A DNA stretch of 25,448 nucleotides from a virus (Duplodnaviria > Caudoviricetes), in the IMG/VR virus record IMGVR_UViG_3300005512_005686, positions 1 to 25,448 of that record; one strand, given 5' to 3'. Under the pieces are notes generated by a model. The model was not told where the DNA came from, searched no databases, and was given only the letters and a program-made list of their open reading frames with translations. Shown in pieces: positions 17,633-25,448 of the stretch. Each line of letters begins with the position of its first letter. Position 1 is the first letter of the stretch. The position numbers were made by a program, and so were the translations under genes.

Positions 17633-18085
17633 ATGACCGAACCGATGAACGACATGACGCTGATCGACCCGGGACCCGATATCGCCGAACGGCGCGATGT
17701 GCCCGGCACCGACGGGCTCTTGGCGCTGCGTTCCTACTGGGATGCCTCGCCGGAAGAGCGCGCCCGGATGTGCAACGGAGCGGGGCCGCGCTGGCTCGAC
17801 CGCTACCTGCCCTGGTGGCTGCGCTGGGTGCGTATCTTCGCCGACCGCCTGTGGGCACTGGACTGCCGCCAGGCCTTCGACATCCACGACTGGGACTACG
17901 CCCATCTTCCGCACACACCCGCCGTGAAGATCGAAGCCGACGACCGGCTCCGGGACAACCTGGACTCGATCATCCGCAGCGCGCGCGGCTCGCACTGGCT
18001 GACCGAGCTGCGGCGGCGCGAGGCCCGGCGCTACGTGCGGCTGGTCCGCGAGTTCGGCTACAAGGCGTTCTTCGACCGGGATTGA
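17633..18085 (+). CDS. Phospholipase A2-like / DUF1353-like protein
   Basis: CNGAG...AFDIHDWDY...KIEADDRLRDN...YVRLVREFG matches the HDxxY / ADxxF-like / VRxFG pattern of prokaryotic PLA2-fold phage proteins. Confidence 0.62.
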   Translation: MTEPMNDMTLIDPGPDIAERRDVPGTDGLLALRSYWDASPEERARMCNGAGPRWLDRYLPWWLRWVRIFADRLWALDCRQAFDIHDWDYAHLPHTPAVKIEADDRLRDNLDSIIRSARGSHWLTELRRREARRYVRLVREFGYKAFFDRD

Positions 18086-18101
18086 GCGCCGGGGTTTAAG
18101 C

Positions 18102-21100
18102 ATGATCACTCTCAACACATCCATGTGCGGGGCGACCGCCAACTTCCCGGAGGCGGTGATGGCGACGCTGGGCGGCCAGCTCGTCGTCTTCGACTACACC
18201 CCGGACCAGGCAGGCGGATCGGGGCCCGGTGCCTATTGCGAAGGCTACCTGCCGCGCGACCCGCAGTACGCCGGGATGTATGAGATCTTCGGCTACATGC
18301 CTGACGACTGGTACTTCTTCGACGGCAACACCTATGAATGGTGGAACGACTGCGCGCTGATCAACGGCGTCGACGGCGCGGCGGGATTTACCATCCACGG
18401 CATCGCCTTCCAGCCCGAATCCATGCCGGTGGTGCGCACCGGAAGCGGCTGCCGTCCGTCCGTCCGACAGCTTCAGCAGGCGCTTTCCGTCGCGACAATG
18501 CTCGCGCCGGACCCGGATCGATCCCGCACCACCACCGCCGTGCGTCTGACCGTCGACAAGCCCATCCACCGGAGCATCGTCGCCGCCCGCTTCGCCAGTC
18601 GTCAACCCGCCTCGACGGGCTTCGGCAATCCCACACTTGACTCCCTGCAGTCCAACCTGGTGTGTGTCTGGAAACTCGAAGAGGGCGGGGGCACGCGCAT
18701 CGATGCGATTTCGGGCGAAGACCTGTCGGCCCACAACGGTCCCGCGAACGCCGCAGGGAAGGACAGCCAGGCCTGTGTCTTCGTCAATGCGTCGTCCCAC
18801 GGACTGTATCGCGATCAGACCCTTCTCGGGCCGCTGGGCGCGCACGAGACGGATACGGAGATCGCATTCTCGACTTGGCTCTATGCCAACACGGTCGGCT
18901 ACCGGAGCATCGCCGGATTCATCGATGAGATGGGCGGCATGGGGCCCTGGTCGCTGTCGCTGGGCTACCAGAACCGCATCTACCTCAACGTCAACACCTA
19001 CAACTGGAACGATTCCGCCTACGCCCAGACCGGCAGCATCAGTGCCGGGCAGTGGTACAACATCGTCTTCACGTTCTCCAGCACGGGCCATCTCCGGCTC
19101 TACGTGAACGGAGCGCTGGCGGCGACAGGCGACACCTACGGCGGGACTGGCGGCCTGGCCGAACCCTATTCGCCCTTCACGTTGGGCTGCGGCCAGGTCT
19201 ACGACTACGAGCACGACACCACCGGCTTCGGGAACTCCTGGGATGGTCTGATCGACGAGACTTGCGTGTGGAACATGGTCCCCGACGATCCCGACGCCTT
19301 TGCGGCCGCGCTCTGGAACGGCGGTCGTGGCGCATTCTACCGCATCGACACCACGCGCCGGACTGTCTCGGGCATCACCGCCACGGCGCGGCAGCACATC
19401 TACATTCTGCGACGGGAACGCGTCGAGGCGGCAGCCAACCTGGCGCTGACCGGCACCACCGCCCGCTTCGACGCCATGGCCCGCCTGGTACGGGCACACC
19501 CAGCCGTCCGAAGCTCGGCCCGGGCCCGGAGCGGCCATCGCCGGGCCGACCTGCTCGACTTCATCTTCGGCCTGAATCCTGTTCGCGCACCGTTTGCCCA
19601 CCGCGCAAACGCCCGGTTGCTGACCGGGAGCGGGTTCCGGCATCCGGTCGTCGATGCGCATGGCGGCGACCTGGTCAGCCTGTGGCGTCTCGACGAGACA
19701 TCGGGCCAACGGCTGGACGAGATCTCCGGGGAGAACGTCACGCCGCTGAACGCACCCGGCAGTGACGCGGGTATGCGGGACAGTGCCGTCAGCTTTGACC
19801 GGGCCTTGAGCCAGGGGCTCCGGCGCGAACTGGCCGACGTGGACGCCCTCGGCTTTGGCGGGACCGGGCAGAGCCTTACTGTTGCCGTGTGGTTCCGCCT
19901 GGACTCGAACACGAACGATTATCGTTTCCTGATCGGCTTCAACAACGTCGAGAACTACGCCTTCTCCTGGTGTCTCTCCGTCGGCTACCAGAACCGCCTG
20001 ACCGCCCAGCTGTTCACGCATCAGTGGGACGAGCTGTACCTGAACACCGGAAGCGTCGCGGCAGCACAGTGGCACCTGGCGGTCCTTGCCTACGATGCAA
20101 GCGCCAACCGGATGCGCCTCTTCCTCGACGGAACGCAAGCTGGCGACACGACCGGCTACAGCGGGCCGGAGAACGGCGGACTGCTTGTTCCGCAGACGGC
20201 CTTCGGCATCGGTTGCTGTGAGGGCATGGACTGGGACACCGGACAGCCAGCGCCTACCGGGTTCTTTCATGGCTTGATCGACGAGGCGTCCGTCTGGCGT
20301 TCCGCATCGGTCGATCCGGCATTGTTCGCGGCCTCCCTGTGGAACTCCGGACACGGGCTTTTCTACGAGGCCGATCCCATTCGTCGGGCCGCCAGTCCAG
20401 TGCGACTCGACCTTCGTCAGTCGCGGATTGCTATCCATCGCAACCGTCTGACGGCGCTGGCGGATACCGTCCTGACTGGCATTGCTTCTCGCTTCGAGGC
20501 CGTTGCCTATCGCAACTACCAGGTGACCGGGCCGCGTCCCGCCGCGCGGGTTCTGACGCTTGCCCGCACACCGGTCGGCTTCGACTTCGTTTTCGGCATC
20601 GATCCCACCCGTGCCGCCGTCGCGGTGCGTCCCGCCGCCCGCCAGCTTCCCGGCACGGTGTTCGGCAACCCCATCCTCGATGCCATCGGCGAGCACCTGG
20701 TCGCCTGCTGGAAGCTCGAAGAGAACACGGGGCAACGGATCGACGCGATCTCCAGCGAACACCTGACGCCCCACAACGCTCCGACCGCCGCGCCCGGTCG
20801 TGACGGCCAGGCCAACCGCTTCTCCAACGCACAGGCCAACGGGCTCTACCGGGAAATGGAAGACCTGGGACCTCTTGGCGGCCACGGTCCGAGTGTCGAA
20901 CTCAGTGTCTCGACCTGGCTCTACGCTGATTCCCTCGGCTATCGCAGCGTCGCGGGCTTCATCGACGAGATGGGCTATATGGGCCCGTGGTCGATGACCG
21001 TCGGCTATCAGAACCGGCTTTACGTGAACATCGCGACGCCCGACTGGGACAACGCCTACGTGCAGAGCGGCAGCCTGGCGACGGGGCAGTGGTATCACGT

Positions 21101-22607
21101 CTTCTTCACCTATGACGCCAGCGGCAACGTCCGCCTGTATCTGAATGGTGTTCTTGCGGCGACCGGCAGCACCTACAACGGCAACGGCGGCCTGGCACAA
21201 CCATACTCACCATTCACACTGGGCTGCGGCCAGGCCTATGACTACGAGCACGACACTTACGGCTACGGCAACTCCTGGGACGGGCTGATCGACGAGACCT
21301 GTGTCTGGTATGCCGTCCCGGACAACCCGGACGTGTTCGCCGCCGCGCTCTGGAACGCCGGACAGGGAACCTTCCTGCACATCGATCCCCGGCAACGCGC
21401 GATCATTGCGGTACGAGGCGACCTGCGAGCCGATACGCGCGTGACCGCCGGTGCCAGGATGACGGCGGACCAGGAACTGGCGCGATCCGCCACCCCGGCC
21501 CGCGCTCTGGCGACCCGGTACACCACCGAGACAAACACGGCGGCATGGGCCGATGCCCGGGCACAGCATCGCCTCCTGCGCCTGGTCCGGGCGGACGCCG
21601 AGTACATCGTCGCGTTGACCCGTGTCCTGAGTGCCGTTCGAGCCGGAGTCCGGCGGGACATGGACGCAGTCAACTGCGCCCGCACGGTGCTCGGCTTCGA
21701 TGCCCGTTCCGCCACGACAACTGCCGGAGCCGCCTTTCTGAAAGCGCTGGTCGAGCGCCTGCATGCCGACCACGGCGTGCGTCTCGGGGCGGGAACGAAG
21801 GCCACCTTCACCGCCTCCGGCGACCTCTTCGATATCCGCGCCGTGAACCGGGTAACCACCGGGGAGCATCCCGGTGCGCGGAAGCTGCTCGTCTGGACGA
21901 TCCCGCACCTTACCAGTGCCAGAGACACGACCGGCAGCCGCACCCCGATTCTCCACCTGGCCCGTGCCCGGCAGAACGCGCTGCACCGTGTGCGCCTCAC
22001 GCTTCGCGCCCCGCAGACCGCCGCCGTTCAGTTCCGACATGACGCCTTCATTCAGGCGGGCTGGCGGCTGGTGGCCCGCAATGCCTCGACCGGAGAGGAA
22101 CTGGACCTGGGCTTCGTGCCCGCCGGTAATGACGCAGCGGGCGGTACACTCGTGGACGTGGCGCTGCCGGACGGCGACTGGCAGATCGAGCCTCGACCCG
22201 CCGAATGGTTCTGGACCGACTGCCGGGGACGGGCCGCTTCCAGCGTCAGCATCCGGGATGGCCGCATCCTCCACGCCGGGCTGCCCGCCATCCTCAATCT
22301 TCGCGGGGAGATCCTCAACCAGCGCCGGGTGGTGCGCTGGGAGATCGCCGCCGAACTGCTGCCGCAGGCCTTCCAGTTCGGCATCTGGACCGGGGCCACA
22401 TCGCCGGTCGACACCACGGGCCAGCCGCTGGCCACCGTGCCGTTCTCGGTCGGACGCGGCAGCTACCTCCACGCCTTCACGCAGAGCGGGCCGCTTCACA
22501 TGGCCGTCGCCGCGTTCGACACCGAAGGCATGGGGCCGGAAGCCGAGATCTTCCTCGACTGGGCCGCCGCGCCGCCCGCCAGTCCGGCCAACCAGCTCGC
22601 CCGCTGA
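18102..22607 (+). CDS. Large LamG (concanavalin A-like lectin/glucanase) repeat protein, probable tail fibre/adhesin
   Basis: 1501 aa; three domains with LV..WKLEE, GQWYHV.FT, LRLY.NG, GLIDE..VW; Arg/Ala/Thr-rich linkers; FN3-like C-terminus. Confidence 0.85.
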   Translation: MITLNTSMCGATANFPEAVMATLGGQLVVFDYTPDQAGGSGPGAYCEGYLPRDPQYAGMYEIFGYMPDDWYFFDGNTYEWWNDCALINGVDGAAGFTIHGIAFQPESMPVVRTGSGCRPSVRQLQQALSVATMLAPDPDRSRTTTAVRLTVDKPIHRSIVAARFASRQPASTGFGNPTLDSLQSNLVCVWKLEEGGGTRIDAISGEDLSAHNGPANAAGKDSQACVFVNASSHGLYRDQTLLGPLGAHETDTEIAFSTWLYANTVGYRSIAGFIDEMGGMGPWSLSLGYQNRIYLNVNTYNWNDSAYAQTGSISAGQWYNIVFTFSSTGHLRLYVNGALAATGDTYGGTGGLAEPYSPFTLGCGQVYDYEHDTTGFGNSWDGLIDETCVWNMVPDDPDAFAAALWNGGRGAFYRIDTTRRTVSGITATARQHIYILRRERVEAAANLALTGTTARFDAMARLVRAHPAVRSSARARSGHRRADLLDFIFGLNPVRAPFAHRANARLLTGSGFRHPVVDAHGGDLVSLWRLDETSGQRLDEISGENVTPLNAPGSDAGMRDSAVSFDRALSQGLRRELADVDALGFGGTGQSLTVAVWFRLDSNTNDYRFLIGFNNVENYAFSWCLSVGYQNRLTAQLFTHQWDELYLNTGSVAAAQWHLAVLAYDASANRMRLFLDGTQAGDTTGYSGPENGGLLVPQTAFGIGCCEGMDWDTGQPAPTGFFHGLIDEASVWRSASVDPALFAASLWNSGHGLFYEADPIRRAASPVRLDLRQSRIAIHRNRLTALADTVLTGIASRFEAVAYRNYQVTGPRPAARVLTLARTPVGFDFVFGIDPTRAAVAVRPAARQLPGTVFGNPILDAIGEHLVACWKLEENTGQRIDAISSEHLTPHNAPTAAPGRDGQANRFSNAQANGLYREMEDLGPLGGHGPSVELSVSTWLYADSLGYRSVAGFIDEMGYMGPWSMTVGYQNRLYVNIATPDWDNAYVQSGSLATGQWYHVFFTYDASGNVRLYLNGVLAATGSTYNGNGGLAQPYSPFTLGCGQAYDYEHDTYGYGNSWDGLIDETCVWYAVPDNPDVFAAALWNAGQGTFLHIDPRQRAIIAVRGDLRADTRVTAGARMTADQELARSATPARALATRYTTETNTAAWADARAQHRLLRLVRADAEYIVALTRVLSAVRAGVRRDMDAVNCARTVLGFDARSATTTAGAAFLKALVERLHADHGVRLGAGTKATFTASGDLFDIRAVNRVTTGEHPGARKLLVWTIPHLTSARDTTGSRTPILHLARARQNALHRVRLTLRAPQTAAVQFRHDAFIQAGWRLVARNASTGEELDLGFVPAGNDAAGGTLVDVALPDGDWQIEPRPAEWFWTDCRGRAASSVSIRDGRILHAGLPAILNLRGEILNQRRVVRWEIAAELLPQAFQFGIWTGATSPVDTTGQPLATVPFSVGRGSYLHAFTQSGPLHMAVAAFDTEGMGPEAEIFLDWAAAPPASPANQLAR
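18621..21377 (+). repeat. Three diverged LamG-coding repeats, period ~1.02 kb
   Basis: Units begin at ~18621, ~19635 and ~20661; units 1 and 3 share long identical peptides (AGFIDEMG, PYSPFTLGCGQ, YDYEHDT, GNSWDGLIDETCVW). Confidence 0.9.
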
Positions 22608-22680
22608 TCCCCGATCCGGCAGCTCTGCCTTCCCGGCCCGCGCGAGGGGTGTCTCCGCGTCCTGGAGGTACCGGCGGCCA

Positions 22681-22848
22681 TGTTTCGCAACCTGTTCTCT
22701 ATAAACAGGATAAATCTCTCAAAATCTCGAAGAAAGTGTGCCTGAACGCCTTGCTGTGTGCCCGTGTGGAGCGAAGGTGTCAACGTGAATAGAAACACAT
22801 ACAACCGCCGCCAGCCCAACAACTTGCAACACAACAAGGAGTAAGAAA
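22681..22848 (+). promoter_or_regulatory. AT-rich putative promoter/operator region of the amidoligase module
   Basis: Marked GC drop; palindrome CCTGTT-N7-AACAGG 22691-22709; TTGCTG 22751-22756 (-35-like, no convincing -10); A/C-rich leader and SD AAGGAG 22836-22841. Confidence 0.5.
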
Positions 22849-23751
22849 ATGGACCTGCGCGAGATCAGATTTGGAATTGAAGTAGAGACCGTAAAGAAGA
22901 CCCGCCGCGAGGTCGCCTACGCGATCCACGGGGTGGTGGGCGGGACCGTAACCCACGCCGGAACGCCCGCCTGCTACGATCCCTGGCACATCACCGACCT
23001 GCGCGGGCGGACCTGGAAGGTGATGGCCGACGCCTCCCTGACCAACGTACCGCGCAACCTGCAGGCCGAGGTCGTAAGCCCGGTTCTCGGATACGACGAC
23101 ATCGAGCAGCTCCAGGAGGTCGTCCGCGCCATCCGCCGCGCCGGGGCGCGGGTGGATTCCACCTGCGGGATTCACATCCACATCGACGCCGCCCCCTTCG
23201 ACGGGCGACGCCTGGGCAACCTCGCCAAGATGGTCTACAAGCAGGAACCTCTGATCCTCCACGCCCTCGGGGTCAGCGACGCGCGCCAGCGCCGCTACAC
23301 CCGCCCGGTCGAGGACCACCTGATCCGCCAGATCGAGGCCAGCCGCCCGACCACGACCGACGAACTCAACCGCCTCTGGTACGGGTACCACAACAGCAAC
23401 CCGCACCACTACGACAGCTCGAGGTACCACGGGGTCAACCTGCACAACGTCTGGTACCGGGGCACGGTCGAGTTCCGCTACTTCGAATCCACGCTCCACG
23501 CCGGGAAGGTCAAGGCCTACATCCAATTCTGCCTGGCCATCGCCGCCAAGGCCCTGACCGCCCGCGCCGCCTCCAGCAAGAAGCGCGAATTCAGCGCCAC
23601 CAGCGCCAAGTACGACTTCCGCTGCTGGCTCCTGCGCCTCGGGCTGATCGGCGACGAGTTCAAGACCGCGCGCCTCCACCTGATGGCCAACATGCCGGGG
23701 AGCGCCGCCTGGAAGAACGGACGCCCGGAGGCCGCCGCCGCCAACGCCTGA
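22849..23751 (+). CDS. Putative amidoligase (COOH-NH2 ligase type 2, glutamine synthetase/glutamate-cysteine ligase-like fold)
   Basis: [47 protein letters not shown] motifs. Confidence 0.92.
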   Translation: MDLREIRFGIEVETVKKTRREVAYAIHGVVGGTVTHAGTPACYDPWHITDLRGRTWKVMADASLTNVPRNLQAEVVSPVLGYDDIEQLQEVVRAIRRAGARVDSTCGIHIHIDAAPFDGRRLGNLAKMVYKQEPLILHALGVSDARQRRYTRPVEDHLIRQIEASRPTTTDELNRLWYGYHNSNPHHYDSSRYHGVNLHNVWYRGTVEFRYFESTLHAGKVKAYIQFCLAIAAKALTARAASSKKREFSATSAKYDFRCWLLRLGLIGDEFKTARLHLMANMPGSAAWKNGRPEAAAANA

Positions 23752-23761
23752 ACCAATAATC

Positions 23762-23793
23762 GGGCGGGGCGGGCCAGAGCGCCCGCCTCGCCC
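23762..23793 (+). promoter_or_regulatory. GC-rich hairpin after amidoligase gene (no U-tract)
   Basis: 13-bp stem 23762-23774 / 23781-23793 with one G-U pair, 6-nt loop. Confidence 0.55.
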
Positions 23794-23812
23794 CAAACGA
23801 GAGGACAACGCC

Positions 23813-24142
23813 ATGAGAATCCAGATCCACCCCGAGACGACCGACGGCAAACCGATCCCCGGCAGCGGAACGATCATCGCCGCCGAAACCCCGTCCGCCA
23901 TCGTCGAACTGATGCGCCTGCAGACCCCGTTCAGCGGGGAGCTGCCCGTCGCCGAATACCGCGACGAGGTCCTTCTGCGGACGGAAGGCCCGGAGCGCAG
24001 GCCGCTCCCCGAGGACGCGGAGGCCGCCGACATCGAGTTCCTTACCCGGCTGGCCCAGCACGGGCGCATCGAGTTCCTGCCCGATGACATGCTGCCGGAA
24101 CCGGCCGAAACAGAGGAGGCAACCGTATGTGCAGGCAAGTAG
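23813..24142 (+). CDS. Small acidic hypothetical protein in amidoligase operon
   Basis: GAGGA SD; 109 aa; IEFLTRLAQHGRIEFL core and Glu-rich tail; overlaps next gene. Confidence 0.75.
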   Translation: MRIQIHPETTDGKPIPGSGTIIAAETPSAIVELMRLQTPFSGELPVAEYRDEVLLRTEGPERRPLPEDAEAADIEFLTRLAQHGRIEFLPDDMLPEPAETEEATVCAGK

Positions 24143-24939
24143 GAATCATCCTCGGCCGGAAGCGCCGCCGCTTTCCCGAGCACGACATTCTGCTGGACAT
24201 CTTCACCGAGATGCTCTGGCGCTCGGAACGCGGCGGGCCCCACGCCACCGGTGTCGCCGTCCTGCGCGAGGACGGGGCCCACGTGATTGCCAAGCGCCCG
24301 CTGCCCGCCCGGCGGTTCATCGACCACGAGGTCTTCTTCGAGGCGCTGGCCAGGTTCGACAACAAGGCCACGGCAATCATCGGGCACAACCGCTGGCGGA
24401 CGCGGGGCTCCGAGAAGAACAACCGGAACAACCACCCCATTCGGGCCGGGCAGGTGATCGGAACGCACAATGGAACGATCTACAATGCCGACGACCTGTT
24501 CCGGCGGCTGCGCCTGATGCGCGGGGCGGAGGTGGACAGCGAGCTTCTCTTCCGACTGGCCGATGCCGCCGTTCTCGACGGGACGCTCGACGCGGAAACG
24601 TTCCTGCGCCTCGTCGGCCCGTGTCGCGGCCAGATCGGGGCCGTGTTGGCCGCCGTGGGCGCGCCGGGCCGGGTGGTGGTACTCAAGGGCAACAAGCCGC
24701 TCGAGTTCCGCTACAGCCGCCGACACCGCGCCGTGGCCTATGCCACCGACGCGGCGGTTCTGGACGACGCCATCGACGCAAGCTACCGCAAGCCGCACGA
24801 CTGGCGACCTATGGTCGTCGAGCCCATGACCATGCTGGTCTTCCGCCACGAGGAAGTCTTTGCCCCGGATGCGCATCGGCTCGCCTTTGTCGCGCAGACC
24901 CGCCAGCGCACTATCGTAACGAGAGGAATCACCCCATGA
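24127..24939 (+). CDS. Class II (Ntn) glutamine amidotransferase domain protein, stand-alone
   Basis: N-terminal Met-Cys; GHNRWRTRG, NNHPI, THNGTIYN, EVDSE, NKPL motifs; GGAGG SD. Confidence 0.9.
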   Translation: MCRQVGIILGRKRRRFPEHDILLDIFTEMLWRSERGGPHATGVAVLREDGAHVIAKRPLPARRFIDHEVFFEALARFDNKATAIIGHNRWRTRGSEKNNRNNHPIRAGQVIGTHNGTIYNADDLFRRLRLMRGAEVDSELLFRLADAAVLDGTLDAETFLRLVGPCRGQIGAVLAAVGAPGRVVVLKGNKPLEFRYSRRHRAVAYATDAAVLDDAIDASYRKPHDWRPMVVEPMTMLVFRHEEVFAPDAHRLAFVAQTRQRTIVTRGITP

Positions 24940-25448
24940 CCGTCTCCGTACTCGTCTATGGCACCCTCAAGCGCGGCCAGTGGAACCACGAACGGTTCTG
25001 CCGCCACGCCATCGGTATCCGACCCGCCACCACGGTCGGTCGTCTCTATGACCTGCCCGCCGGGTTCCCGGCGCTGGAGATTCCCCAGGGCGCGATTCTC
25101 GCCAACGGGACTGGCGAACCGCTGGCGGACGCAGAAACGCAGGCCCGCGTCGCGCCGCGCGGCCTGGTCATACCGGAACTGGAAGGGGACCCGCCTTCGC
25201 CCGAGGGCTACGGCGAGGCAGGCTGGGATGTGGTCCACGGCGAACTGATTACCTTCGCGGACCCGGCCCGCGACCTGCCACCGCTGGACCGCCTCGAAGG
25301 GTTCCGCCCGGACGGGCACGGTCTTTACCGTCGCGCCCTGGTGGCCGTCAGGGCCAACACGGGCGTCGAGGCCGCCTGGGTCTACCACATGGTCGAGGTG
25401 AGCCGAGGCCGTCGCCTGTCCGGCGGAGTCTGGCCGGACGCGCGTTGA
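24936..25448 (+). CDS. Gamma-glutamylcyclotransferase (AIG2/BtrG-like)
   Basis: ATGA overlap at 24936 (track ORF starts 24084); VYGTLKRG..NH, GRLYDL..GFPAL, VHGEL, LDRLEG, LYRR, AWVY. Confidence 0.92.
   Translation: MTVSVLVYGTLKRGQWNHERFCRHAIGIRPATTVGRLYDLPAGFPALEIPQGAILANGTGEPLADAETQARVAPRGLVIPELEGDPPSPEGYGEAGWDVVHGELITFADPARDLPPLDRLEGFRPDGHGLYRRALVAVRANTGVEAAWVYHMVEVSRGRRLSGGVWPDAR

Larger units (their letters stand above)
1..25448 (+). mobile_element. Segment of a lambda-like siphophage/prophage: head-neck-tail morphogenesis operon plus downstream accessory module; element ends lie outside the window
   Basis: Co-oriented, tightly packed genes in canonical order portal - protease/capsid - cement - connectors - major tail - chaperone - tape measure - tail tip. 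No att site or integrase seen, so prophage vs free phage cannot be decided. Confidence 0.93.

Noticed and set aside
18096-21200. Long minus-strand ORFs (e.g. 18096-21200, 11507-13756, 15132-17213, 22780-24876)
   Set aside because: Antisense shadows of + strand genes expected from high GC3 bias; no recognisable motifs.
18621-21377. LamG repeats 1 and 3 as template/variable repeats of a diversity-generating retroelement
   Set aside because: Differences inspected are mostly synonymous third-position changes, not adenine-specific; both copies are in-frame coding; no reverse transcriptase in the window.
22608-22680. Terminator after the LamG gene
   Set aside because: Only short weak stems (e.g. 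GGCA-GCTC-TGCC) and no U-tract.
22692-22708. E. coli-type LexA box
   Set aside because: Spacing is CTGT-N9-ACAG rather than N8, and the host is unknown.

Overview
High-GC window, coding almost entirely on the + strand. Positions ~37-22607 are the late (virion) operon of a lambda-like long-tailed phage or prophage: gpW-like head completion protein, lambda-type portal, prohead protease fused to major capsid, DUF2190-like cement, head-tail joining and tail-completion proteins, major tail protein, tail assembly chaperone with a -1 frameshift site and predicted pseudoknot, tape measure, several unrecognised tail-tip proteins, a lipoprotein, a phospholipase-A2-like protein and a 1501-aa triple-LamG protein. 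A translationally coupled cassette (small protein, collagen-like fibre, aromatic-rich protein, GT-A glycosyltransferase) sits inside the neck genes. After an AT-rich spacer, 22849-25448 is a separate four-gene module: amidoligase (COOH-NH2 ligase type 2), small acidic protein, class II glutamine amidotransferase and gamma-glutamylcyclotransferase. No terminase, integrase, recognisable endolysin, RNA gene or CRISPR array is visible. All assignments come from motif recognition by eye and gene order, not from database searches.
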